Positions 11,236-23,019 of a stretch of DNA of 60,000 nucleotides are shown piece by piece. The stretch comes from Squalus acanthias (taxonomy: Eukaryota). A program made the position numbers and the translations under genes. A model generated the notes under the pieces. That model saw only the letters and a list, made by a program, of their open reading frames with translations. It was not told the origin of the DNA and searched no databases. The first letter of the stretch is position 1. Every line of letters starts with the position of its first letter. The DNA is taken from NCBI GenBank assembly GCA_030390025.1, contig CM059433.1, forward strand, positions 22,756,001 through 22,816,000, in the 5' to 3' direction.

Positions 11236-13000
11236 CTACTTTCTGCCCTTCGAGGGTGATCTCCTTACCTTGCGCACTTCCCCCCTTCCCACCCTACTGC
11301 TCCTCCGTAATGGGGCCCCAGTGGCTGCAGCAAGGCTGGTGGAAGGCTGCTGATTGTCAGAACCTGAGACTACAGATGCCCTAGAAGGATGGCCTCGACC
11401 ATCTCTGGGCCTGGAGGGCCCGGCTGCAGACTGCACCAACTCTGCATGGGCGGCAGCAGTCTGGGCTACAGGCGGTGGCAAGTGCAATGGGGAAGTGACA
11501 GTGGTGGCAGCAGGAATGCTGTCATCTTGAGAGAAGACAGCAAGTCCCTGCTCGACCGACACACTGGCACTCCCACGGGGCAGCACATCAGCCTCCGGAG
11601 CAATCTGCTGGAGCACAGATTGCTGGCCTGCTGCAGCACGGTGAGAGCCCCAGGGAAATGTATCCGAACCAGCGAGAATGGCAGCAGTCAGTGCTTGTGT
11701 GGCCTCAATCTGAGTCTGCATGAGACCAGTCTGAGATTGGATCACGGCAGCCAGTGACTGAATTGCAGCACTAAGCATTAGCGTGGCATCCGCCTGTGCT
11801 ACAGCGAAGTGCTCCACACTCCTTGCCAGTGCATCAATGCAATCGGGCACCCTTCCCACTGCACCCATGAGCTCAGTGTGCATGTCCACTGCCTGGGTGT
11901 TCATTTCAGCGATGAGCCGCTCCTCCTCTGCGTCCAGTGCAGCAGGACTCGCTGGCCTACTCTCCCTCCGGGGAGAAGGTCCCCGAGCTTCCCTAGCCAC
12001 ATCGCGTTGCTGCAGCCCACTGGGTCCTGTAGCTTCACCCTCATCAGACCCTTCCCCCCGTTCCCCTCCCGGGAAGACGTGGTCCCAGTGTGGGCATGGA
12101 CTTCCTCGGGAGAGGGTGGTGCTGATGCTCCAGCTTCCTCTTCCTCCTCGCCTGCGGCTTCACTCCCACTGGCAGCTTCGGGGCCCGTCTCCTCAGCTGG
12201 TGAATCACCATCTGAAAACAGGGAGGCACAAGAGTGGCTTTAGCGTGAGGACAGGGGGTCAGTAAGGGAGGAAGGAGTGGAGCGATTTAGTAAGTTGGAT
12301 TGAAAGTGTCAAAGGCTGGTGTTGTGAGGGACAAGTGGAATGAGAGAGGAGAGAAAGCTGATGACCTTACCAATGCTGTCCCGAATGAGGTCGGCCTCTC
12401 CAGGGGCGACAGGACCGATCACCTGGCTTGCCACAATCCTGTGGACGCGCGCCTCAAGATCGCTGAGGGGTTGCAGCTGAGGCCGCCCGCCACCCGTCCG
12501 TTGCTGCTGTCTCCTGTTATGAGATAGCTTGGCCTGCAAGAAAAAGGACAGCATCTGAGTAAATATACAGCCATGGTCTTGCCTGATGTGCCTCTCATAG
12601 GTGAATAGCCCTTACTGTATGCAAGGTGTGGAATGTGCGTGTGTGTTTCATGAGAGGGCCATAGGTGTTGGATGAGTGTTGGGCATTGGGGTTTTAAGAC
12701 CCGCTGGCCATAGAGTGAGGTTGAAATGGAGGGATGGAGAGGTATTGAAAAAAAGCCACTCACCCTGACGACCCGAGTGAGGTCGTTGAAGTTTTTGCGA
12801 CATTGAGTATGGGTCCTGGGCACCATGCTCCTGGAGGAGACATGCTGAGCCACCTCCCTCCACACTCTAATGTAGTCGCGCGGCAAAGGCCTCCTGCAAC
12901 TCTCAGGGAAGAGTATAGATCTTCTGCGCTCCACTGTGCCAACCAAAGCCTCCAAGGCCCGCTTGTTCAAGCGCTGAGCTCGTTCTCTCACCCTCTCCAT
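11236..13000 (-). CDS. Harbinger Myb/SANT-like DNA-binding protein, 3 exons (13000-12764, 12533-12371, 12211-11236), one apparent frameshift near 12070
   Basis: Exon 1 LEALVGTVERRRSILF...WREVAQHVSS...RTHTQCRKNFNDL (trihelix/MSANTD type); exon 2 RTGGG motif; GT-AG junctions with matching phases 0 and 1. Confidence 0.85.
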
Positions 13001-13499
13001 AGTCCTTGGCTGGAAAATGTAATCACAGGTCTCTCCAGGCTGAGATTCAAGGCTCCAATGAGCAGGGTGTGGATGGAGAGCAAGATCGACCCTCCCCTTT
13101 AAGAACTGGCCGGCGCCAGTGTGTCTGTGTTCCATCGCTAACTGACATCAACTGCGCTGCGCCCACGCTCTGAGTAAGCACCTTGCTCCTCGGCCTTTGC
13201 GCCTTAAGACAGGTGTGCAGCACCTGATTTAGCACTCCAATCCCCTCCAGGGGCGATAGAAGCCCAGTTTGCAGTCGGAGGCAATAATTAGCGCCAGGCG
13301 CTAAACTTTGTGCCCGGCCGATAATTGCGCCCCAAACGGGGTGATACTGAATTTTTCCCCCAAAGAATCTTAACTGGGAACTTACAAGCGGCAGTAAGAG
13401 TTGGTAATGAGTTAACAAAATGGACAAAGATCAGAAGATGTATGAGATAAGGATGTGTTATATCATTCAATCTTTTCAATATATACTATAAATTCATTA

Positions 13500-14215
13500 T
13501 GAGAGACAGTCTGGGTGACTTCAAAGCTGGGTTCAAGATCAATGGAAGCATTGACAAACAAGCTAAGATATGCCAATGATACATTACTGATTGCAGATAC
13601 AAAAGAGAGATTACAAAAACATACCTGAGAAGATGAATCAGACGAGCTTGGTTTATGGATTGATAATAAATGCTAAGAAGGCAAAATCAATGAGAATCAC
13701 AAAGAAAAAGAGGACCTCTTAAAAATTGCTATCAGAGTGAACAATATGGAAATATAGCATAGATACAATTGTTTGCTTAGGTTGTCTAATAACATCAGAT
13801 GTCCGAAGTAACAAAGAGGTTAAGCAAAGGATAGCAATTGCAAAAGAGGCATCTAACAAAATGAATGAATTACTGTGCAAATGTAAATTCTAGCTGGTGA
13901 TAAGAAGTCGGATCCTTAGATATTATCTGTGATCAACAGCACAATACGAACATGAACACTGGACCATGAGATCCTTGAGTTCTAATGGTGCCGATCTATG
14001 CTTGTACAAGAAGTGGTTCTTAAGCAGAATCTTGAATTGGCAGAAGAAAGGATAGAAGTGATGAAGCTGACTATAATTCAAAAAAGTGCCCACTGTGAGC
14101 ACATTAGACAGGAGTTTCAGAAGGAAAGTTGTGTGAAGTTGCTCTGCGGGATATATAAACTGAGAGAAAAAAAGGAAAAGAAAATGGAAATTTTAAAGAG
14201 AAATGACTGGAATTA
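13500..14215 (+). mobile_element. Old RTE-clade LINE RT fragment
   Basis: Degenerate RYANDTLLIADTKERLQ, GLIINAKKAKSM and RIAIAKEA motifs with many stops. Confidence 0.65.
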
Positions 14216-14325
14216 AGAAAGCAAGCCAGACAATTATTACAAACGTGTACTGCCATAATGTTAAAGTCTTAACTTTGCTGAATACATATGCATGAAAATA
14301 CAAGAAGATTATGAAAAGTTTAATT

Positions 14326-15300
14326 GGGGGGAATTTTAACTCCCAAAAACGGGTGGGTTTGGGTTGGGTGGGAAGTAAACATGTTAACCTCAAACCCAAA
14401 CCCAACGCACCTGGAATCCACCCACTTCCGGGTTTAATGGAGGCGGGACAGGGGGGGCAGGTGACCAACCCGCTCCCAGGAGACGGGTCGCTCATTTAAA
14501 TATTTAAATGAGGTGCGTGCCTCAGATGTTTTCTCTGTTCCAGCTTTAACGCTGGCCGGCCAGGTTTCCAGGGCCTCGGGAAACCCGACAGCTAAAGGGA
14601 GGCGAGGACTTCTGCGTGGTAGAGGTAAGTGCTTTTCCAGCACTGCTTGTGGGCCAGGAGGAGCAGGAGTGCTTCCCCCTGGCCCACCAAGCAAGCCTAC
14701 TTCCCCCACACGATCAGGCCCCCGACCCCCCAGCAATCACTGACGCCGCCCCCCCCCCACCCCCCCAGCAATCACCAACTCTCCCCCGACCTCTCCCTCC
14801 GATCTCTCCCCAACACCCCCATCTCTCCATCCAATCTCTCTCCGATCTCTCCCCAACACCCCCATCTCTCCATCCGATCTCTCTCCGATCTCTCCCCAAC
14901 ACCCCCATCTCTCCATCCGATCTCTCACCGATCTCTCCCCAACACCTCCATCTCTCCATCCGATCTCTCTCCGATCTCTCCCCAACACTCCCATCTCTCC
15001 ATCCGATCTCTCTCCGATCTCTCCCCAAACCCCCCATCTCTCCCTCCGATCTCCCTTTGACCCCCCTCCAATCTCTCCACAACCCCCTATTCTCTGTCCC
15101 TGATCTCTCTCCGACCCCCCGCGATCATCCCCTGACCCTCCAAACCACGCCATGCCCACTCCGTGCTCCCCCGCCCCCCAGCAGCACAAAACCTACCTGC
15201 CCCTGGGCTACAGCCTCTGCTACAGTGTTCCACGCCTGACAGCGAGCCAAGCCTGTCAATCAGGCTAGCTTCTGGGTGGGGAACCTGTTAAAAAAAAAAC
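14326..15300. mobile_element. Left part of a Harbinger-type non-autonomous element
   Basis: Starts GGGGGAATTTT like the other MITE ends here; GC-rich body; matching right end not established. Confidence 0.55.
14795..15055. repeat. 43-bp C/T-rich minisatellite, ~6 copies
   Basis: Unit CCGATCTCTCCCCAACACCCCCATCTCTCCATCCGATCTCTCT. Confidence 0.85.
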
Positions 15301-15309
15301 ATGCACCAT

Positions 15310-18043
15310 GGCGTTTAGGGAAACTCTCTACTGTTCACCACTGAGGTCTAACCATCCATCACCAGATATGGCTGGATCACATAAAGCATTATCAGGTCCT
15401 GCTCTCCATCGCTAAAACTGCCCACTATTCTAAGTTCATCCATAAAGCAAAGATTAACACCAGGCTTCTCTTCTCCACCACTGACCGTCTTCTCAAACCA
15501 CCCTCCGCTGCCTCCTGCTCCCTCACAATAAATGTGAGGAGCTCATGGGCTTTCTAGTTAAAAGGATCGAGAACATCCGATCATTTGCCTTTGCTACTTC
15601 CTTCCCTTACCCTAGCCCACCAGGTCTAACTTCCTCTCAGTTTCCCCCCTGCTCTAATTCTGAATTTGCATATTTCTCTAATATCTCTCCTATCTCCCCT
15701 CATGCCCTTTCAAAGCTCACTTTGCCAATGAGACTGAACTCCTGCTCTCGCGACTCTATTCCTACTAAACTGATGACCAGCCAACTTCCCTTGCTGACTC
15801 CCATGTTAGCTGATATTGTTAGTGGTTCTCGCTCCTCAGGTATTGTCCCCCTCGCCTTCAAATCGGCCGTCATCACCCCTCTCAAAAAAAAACCTTGACC
15901 CCTCCGTCCTTGCAAACTATTGCCCCATCTCCAACCTCCTTTTCCTCTCCAATGTCCTTGAACGTGTTGTTGCCTCCAAAATCTGTACCCATCTTTCCTG
16001 GACTCCTTGTTTGAATCCCACCATTTAGGTTTCCGCCCCTGCCACAGTACCAAAACAGCTCTTATCAAGGTCACAAATGACATCTTAATCGACTGTGACA
16101 AAGGTAAGCTATCTCTTCTCATCCTTCTCGACCTGTCTGCAGCCTTTGACACAGTTGACCACAAAATTCTGCTCCAATGCCTCTCTACCATTGTCCAGCT
16201 GGATGGGACTGCACTCACCTGGGTCCATTCCAATCTTTCCAGCCGTAACCATAGAATCACCTGTAATGGCTTCTCTTCCCACTCCCGCACCGTCACCTCT
16301 GGTGTCCCCCCAAGGATCTATCCTTGGCCCCCTTCTATTTCTCATCTACATGCTGCCCCTCGGTGACATCATCCGATGACACAACGTGAGTTTTCACATG
16401 TACGCTGATGATACCCAGCTCTATCTCTCCTCCACCTCTCTCGAACCCTCCACCATCTCTATACTGTCATACTGCTTGTCCAACATCCAGCACTGGATGA
16501 GCAAAAATTTCCTCCAATTAAATATCGGGAAGACCAAAGCCATTGGGCTGGATTTTGATACTGGGGCGGGTTGGGGTCGTGTCATCCGCTTTTCGTGTTA
16601 TCCACCCGACTGCAATTGGATGTGGGAGATTGATGCAATTTTCACCTAATTGGGCAATTGAGTTCCAGCATGTGGGAACCCATGAACTAATTAGTGGTTT
16701 CAGTCTGAAAGTCGCCTCTGATGATGTCATCATTGCTGCTGCTGCATTGAAGGTCAGAGACTGCCTGGCCTTTGCTGTGAGAGGACCTGGATGCAAAATG
16801 AGCAGCAGCTCTAAGTCTGCAGAGAGAGAGAGAGAGAGAGAGAATTTTATTTTTTGCACCAGCGCTCCCAGATATGTCTCGTCCTAGATGCCTGCCAGTC
16901 ACTCACTCACTGATAGTCAGCCCAGCCACTGATAGTCAGCTATCCAAATGTGCTCCCGCCAGGTTTCACAATCGTGCTTCAGAACAGGCGTGGTTCATGT
17001 AGAACAAGGGTTAAAATCACAAAGGCCTTTCAAAATGGCATTGTAGAGCCAATTTAGTGCTTGTTAAGGGCCTTAACAGCCTATCCCGCCTCTTAAAGGC
17101 GGGACAGAGTCGGGACCAGCAGACACGATTTAATGAAAATTGCGTGGAGGCGGGATTGAGGCGGACTTGTGCCCGCCCGCCAGTTTTTGCAATTTTAACC
17201 CCCCACACGCCTCCAAACCCACCTCCACTGGTCAATGAAAATCCAGCCCATTGTCTTCGGTTCATGCCACAAATTCCGTTCCCTTGCCAACGATTCCATC
17301 CCTCTCCCTGGCAACAGTCTAAGGCTGACCAAGTCTGTTCACAATCTTGGTGTCATATTTGATCACGAGTTGAGCTTCCTACCTCATATCCGTTCCATCA
17401 CTAAGACCGCTCATTTCCACCTCCATGACATCACCCATCTCCGCCCTTACCTCAGCTTATCTGCTGCCGAAACCCTCATCCATGCCTCTGTTATCTCTAG
17501 ACTTGACTATTCCAATGCTCTCCTGGCCAGCCTCCCTAGATCTTAAGGTCATCTAAAACTCTGCCTCCCGTGTCCTAACTCGGACCAAGTCCTGCTCACC
17601 CATCTCCCCTGTGCTCACTGACCTATATTGGCAACACCTCGATTTTAAAATTCTCATCCTTGTTTTCAAATCCCTCCAAGGCCTCGCCCCTCCCTATCTC
17701 TGTAATTTCCTCCAGCCCTATAAACCCCCAAGATCTCTGCGCTCCTCCAATTTTGGCCTCTGGAACATCCCCAATTTTAATTGCTCCACCATTGGCAGCC
17801 GTGCCTTCAGCTGCCTAGGCCCTAAGCTCTGGAACTTCCTCTCTAAACCTCTCTGCCTCCCTACGTCGCTTTCCTCCTTTAAGACGCTTCTTAAAACCTA
17901 CCTCTTGGACTAAACTTTTAGCCATCTGCCCTAATATCTCCTTATATGGCTTGGTGTCAAATTTTGTTTTTTGTTAATGCCCCTATGAAGTGCCTTGGGG
18001 CGTTTTATTATGCTAAGGGTGCTATATAAATGTAAGTTGTTGT
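15310..18043 (+). mobile_element. Decayed L2 LINE (RT and 3' end) with a MITE inserted at 16545-17249
   Basis: GFRPCHSTKTALIKVTNDIL, LLDLSAAFDTVDH, QGSILGPLLF, HMYADDTQLY, SRLDYSN; L2 tail at ~18020-18043. Confidence 0.92.
16545..17249. mobile_element. Harbinger-type MITE
   Basis: 12-bp TIRs GGGCTGGATTTT / AAAATCCAGCCC; TSD ATT; splits L2 ORF2 at KTKAI|VFGS. Confidence 0.9.
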
Positions 18044-18139
18044 CAGTCGGGAAGGGGTGGGGGGGGAAAGGGAATGGGTGGGGCGGGAAAGGGAAGGTGT
18101 GGGGGGGGGGAAAGGGAAGGGGGGGTAAGGGAAGGGGGG

Positions 18140-18639
18140 NNNNNNNNNNNNNNNNNNNNNNNNNNNNNNNNNNNNNNNNNNNNNNNNNNNNNNNNNNNNN
18201 NNNNNNNNNNNNNNNNNNNNNNNNNNNNNNNNNNNNNNNNNNNNNNNNNNNNNNNNNNNNNNNNNNNNNNNNNNNNNNNNNNNNNNNNNNNNNNNNNNNN
18301 NNNNNNNNNNNNNNNNNNNNNNNNNNNNNNNNNNNNNNNNNNNNNNNNNNNNNNNNNNNNNNNNNNNNNNNNNNNNNNNNNNNNNNNNNNNNNNNNNNNN
18401 NNNNNNNNNNNNNNNNNNNNNNNNNNNNNNNNNNNNNNNNNNNNNNNNNNNNNNNNNNNNNNNNNNNNNNNNNNNNNNNNNNNNNNNNNNNNNNNNNNNN
18501 NNNNNNNNNNNNNNNNNNNNNNNNNNNNNNNNNNNNNNNNNNNNNNNNNNNNNNNNNNNNNNNNNNNNNNNNNNNNNNNNNNNNNNNNNNNNNNNNNNNN
18601 NNNNNNNNNNNNNNNNNNNNNNNNNNNNNNNNNNNNNNN
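18140..18639. other. Assembly gap (500 N) flanked by G-rich low-complexity sequence
   Basis: Run of N with polypurine flanks at 18048-18139 and 18640-18807. Confidence 0.99.
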
Positions 18640-18807
18640 GGGGAAGGTGGGGGGGAAGGGGAAGGTGGGAGGGGGCAATGGGGGAGGGGGGAAGGGGGAA
18701 GGGGGAAAGGGGAGGGGAAGGTGGGGGTGGGGGGGAGAGAAAAGGGGGGGGAGGGGGAGAGAAAAGGCGGGGAGGGGGAGAGAAAAGGGTGGGGGGGAGG
18801 GGGGAAG

Positions 18808-19458
18808 ATAAACTTAACTGGACCAGCCACATAAATACTGTGGCAACAAGAGCATGTCAGAGGCAAGGTATTCTGTGGCGAGTGTCTCACCTCCTGACTC
18901 CCCAAAGCCTTTCCACCATCTACAAGGCACAAGTAAGGAGAGTGATGGAATACTCTCCACTTGCCTGGATGAGTGCAGCTCCAACAACACTCAAGAAGCT
19001 CGACACCATCCAGGACAAAGCAGCCCGCTTGATTGGCACCCCATCCACCACCTTAAACATTCACTCCTCCACCACTGGCGTACCGTTGCTGCAGTGTGTA
19101 CCATCTACAAGATGCACTGCAGCAACTCGCTAAGGCTTCTTTGGCAGCACCTCCCAAACCCGCGACCTCTTCCACCTAGAAGGACAAGGGCAGCAGGTGC
19201 ATGGGAACACCACCACCTCCAAGTTCCCCTCCAAGTCACACACCATCCTGACATAGAAGTATATTGCCGATCCTTCATCGTCGCTGGGTCAAAATCCTGG
19301 AACTCCCTCCCTAACAGCACTGTGGGAGTACCATCACCACATGGACTGCAGCAGTTCAAGAAGGCGGCTCACCACCACCTTCTCAATGGCAACTAAGGAT
19401 GGGCAATAAATGCTGGCCTTGCCAGCGACGCCCAGATCCCATAAGCGAATAAAAAAAG
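18808..19458 (+). mobile_element. 3' fragment of the 3228-6450 LINE family
   Basis: KLNWTSHIN...IYKAQVRRVMEYSPLAW...HHHLLNGN; same 3' tail. Confidence 0.9.
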
Positions 19459-20589
19459 AGTACTTACCCCTGGCCCACGAAGCTTGCCTTTTATAGCCGA
19501 CCCCCACCCCGATTTGCAGCCAGACAGACAGCCAGCCTGCCAATCTGATTGGCTGTTGAGTGGGAAACTTGTTGAGATAATTTAAAACAGGTCCTGCCGT
19601 TCATTTCAGCAGGATCTGTGGGAAACCATTACACAACTCCTGTCTCCCGTTCTCTTCCCAGCTCCGAGTTATTATCGGGCCCTCTGATTGTATGATTATC
19701 AGAGCCACATGGATGTGAAATTCTAATGAATACACAAAAAGAGACAGATAGCCATACAGGGTTATTGTACATATATAAAAGTACCAAAACTGTGCTGCGG
19801 GATCCTGAGACTCGCTCAACCATCCTCAGTCAGGTCATTATCAAGATAAAGAAGCTCACTAGTGTCCCCAGTGACTATGCCTTAAGACTTCTTCAAACAA
19901 TATTCCTCCTGCAGCTTCTGAAGACAGCAAAGATTACCTGTAGCTGACTCCCTGACGTGATTAACATTCTCCTTCCTACTCATGATGAGACCAAAGACCC
20001 TCTAGAGAGAATAACTGTTTCCCCTGCTGAGAGGATTGATTACCTTAGCTGAGTCCTTGGAAAGAATTGCATTTTTCTTCCTGGTTCTGGCAGGACTGAT
20101 TGTCTGCATGAATACACTATCTAGAACAGACTAATAGAATGTTCGCTTTATCTTGGACAAAGGCATATATGCTAATAGTATCATCGAAAAATAGGCCATT
20201 TCAATAGGCGGAATGAAAGGTAAATAATACTTGTGACAAGGAATGAATTAAATTAATTCTGACTAATTGCATCTCATGGAGAAGAATACCAATTGGAAGT
20301 TTTATAACTCAAAGGAAAAAGTATTGCAAAGCGCCTTTGAAACAATCATAATACATGAAAGAAAACACAAAGGGGGCGATTTTTGGGTGACTGATTCCAT
20401 CAGCGGTGGGGTGGTCCATGTGATGGAATCAGTCTAAGACCGAGCAAGGTTCATGGTCGACCTTCACTTCTATAATAGCGGTGAGCTGCGAGCACGGAAG
20501 CAGCGCTCATAAGCAGCTTGCCGGTGAGGGGGTAGGGAATCTGGTGGCTCTTCTCTAGAGCTGAGCCAGAAGTAATGAGGTAAAGGAGA

Positions 20590-21058
20590 GGAAAGAAAGA
20601 CTTACATTTATATAGCGCCTTTCAAAACCACCTGACGTCTCAAAGCGCTTTACAGCCAATGAAGTACTTTTTGGAGTGTAGTCACTGTTGTAATGCGGGA
20701 AACGCGGCAGCCAATTTGCGCACAGCAAGCTCCCACAAACAGCAATGTGATAATGACCAGATAATCTGTTTTAGTGATGTTGCTTGAGGGATAAATATTG
20801 GCCAGGACACCGGGGATAACTCCCCTGCTCTTCTTCGAAATAGTGCCATGGGATCTTTTACGTCCACCTGAGAGAGCAGATGGGGCCTTGGTTTAACATC
20901 TCATCCAAAAGACGGCACCTCCGACAGTGCAGCACTCCCTCAGCACTGCACTGGAGTGTCAGCCTAGCTTTATGTGCTCAAGTCCCTGGAGTGGGACTCT
21001 GAACCCACAATCTTCTGAATTAGAGGCGAGAGTACTACCAACTGAGCCACAGCTGACA
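20590..21058 (-). mobile_element. tRNA-derived Deu-domain SINE (SacSINE1-like)
   Basis: Reverse strand has A box TGGCTCAGTTGG, a B-box-like GGTTC motif, Deu core TAAAAGATCCCATGGCACTATTTCGAAGAAGAGCAGGGG and an L2-like tail. Confidence 0.9.
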
Positions 21059-21082
21059 CAGGAGACAATTGTTGGGGGGTGG

Positions 21083-21653
21083 TGTCGAAGTTTTACATGC
21101 CGAGCAGAACTCTTTTTAAACATAGAATCGTGTCAAAGAAGGCTTTTTAATAAAGTTTACTTGTTACAAGGGAAGGTTCTGACACAGTCAAGTTGCTATG
21201 TCAGAATGCTTCGAATCTTACAAGATTTGAACATACTTTATACAAAAAGAACACAGAACAGGCCATATGACATAGCATTAAACATCCTATTTAATGATGC
21301 ACAAACTTGTGAGTTATTGCATAGGTTTTCGTTATAATAACGAGCAGAAATTCCTTAAAGATCAGATAACCAGACCTTCCTTGTGGGATCCCTTTGTTCA
21401 ATGTTCATTCTCTAATCTGTGGGTTGATGGCTTACCTTATCTCATCCTGAGCTGGTTAGAACTAATTGATGCCTTATTTTGCTAAGCTTTTCTTAGATAA
21501 GGAATTCTGAGTTGTCCCATCCTTGTAGCTAATTAGAATGATTTACTTATTATGGTGACGCCTACTGTCGGCCATTTTGAATTCCTTTTTTTTAAATTCT
21601 TTTCTCAGAGAAGCCATTTTGTTTGTGTCTTAAAAGTAAACTGCACTTCCACA
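21083..21653 (-). mobile_element. Solo LTR (571 bp)
   Basis: TG...CA ends with imperfect IR TGTCGAAGT / ACTTCCACA; exact 4-bp TSD GTGG (21079-21082, 21654-21657); minus-strand TATAAA (21237-21242) and ATTAAA (~21145-21150). Strand tentative. Confidence 0.8.
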
Positions 21654-23019
21654 GTGGTGAGGGGGCAGAGGGCGGAGGCAGGCCAGCAGTATGTTGGATG
21701 AGTTTTGTGATTAAAACAAACTTTTAAAAAACATATCCCTACCCTGTTTTAGAGCAGCCTGCAGTGGTCCATTTAAGGACTGCTGGTTGCGTCACTCAAC
21801 AACAAGTACTAATGGGCAGAGTGCATGCAGCACATGCTCCACCCACTGGTACACAAAAATAGTTTTGGGCAAATACAAGTGGCGTAGGACCCCGATTTAA
21901 ATATTGAAATAAAGCTTCCGTCTATTTTGGGCCGGACCGTTTTCTGCCCATTTCGAAGCCTCATTGAAAATCAAGTCGGGCAGGCCTCAGATGGCCAATG
22001 GACGAGAGTTGGTTTTCATTTTCGAGAATCCTGATTTCAGCATGAATGGGATGGGAGGCAAACAAAAATCGGCATCAGAAATGAGAAAAGATGTTCGGTT
22101 AGCTGAATTATCATCATCTTTACCCAACTCATTTAAACTCCCGAGGGAAAGCTCGATTTTGACTTCTGGAACCCAGGGTGCTGTTTTTCACACAGATGCA
22201 TATCGGGCGGCTGATGGGCGGAGTGATTGCACTGCCCCTCTGGTGGCTTCCACGAGAGGCCTGAGCCATTTTCATAGCCGGGCCTCACTTGAATGGAATC
22301 GGCGAGCTGCCAGTGCTCAACGAGTGCGGGCTGATCCAGGAGGACAGCTCCTCCACGTAGCTGAGCGGGAGGGGCCACTGAGTGGCCGGGAGCAGATGGG
22401 AAGATTTTGATGGGGTCAGGAGGTCTCCTTTCTGGTGTTTGGGAGCTGCGTCCCTTTAAGGATCACTGGTTAAGCTGCTCTGTGTCTAGGACCATTTGGT
22501 ACAAGAAGATTCCATTGGGATCCTACAACCCCGATTTAAATATTTGAATAAGGCTGGAGTGATGGCCACCCAATTCAAGGCCCACTCAAAAATTGAGTTG
22601 GGTAGACCTCAGGCAGCCAATGGGCAGGAGATTTGTAAAAAAAAAGAATTTGCCATTAACGGCGCGATAGACAGATGAAAATCGCCCTCTAGTAACAATT
22701 TCTAGAACTCTCGGGTCAGCTGTAGCAGGAGCAGTTGAAGAGTAAAACTTCCTCTCCTCTTCCTCTGAAATACGCTTTCACCCCAACCTCAAGTTCAAAT
22801 GAATAGTGCTTACTACACCAGAATAATTTTTTCTGTTTCCAAAATCAGGAATTCCTGCGGCTTATCTGAGTGACTAAGCCAGTTTATGTAGAGTTTTGTG
22901 TTGTGGGGCACTCACCAGGAAATAGGCCGAGAACACCCATATTTCACATAGGACTCTTAGAGCCCAAGATGGATAGGAACCATTTATGCTTTAATTGCAA
23001 ATGGAGTTGAACATTAGTC

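Larger units (their letters stand above)
9289..13361. mobile_element. Full-length PIF/Harbinger DNA transposon with convergent transposase and Myb/SANT genes
   Basis: Perfect 13-bp TIRs GGGGGAAAAATTC / GAATTTTTCCCCC; 3-bp TSD AAA (9286-9288, 13362-13364); two tail-to-tail genes typical of Harbinger. Confidence 0.95.
20372..22689. mobile_element. Harbinger-type non-autonomous element hosting a SINE and a solo LTR
   Basis: Ends GGGGGCGATTTT / AAAATCGCCCTC; TSD not conserved; boundaries tentative. Confidence 0.5.

Noticed and set aside
14616..15239. Pro/Ser-rich ORFs
   Set aside because: Translations of the 43-bp minisatellite inside a MITE-like element.
17931..18932. Long ORFs spanning 18-19 kb
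   Set aside because: They read through the 500-N gap and low-complexity flanks.
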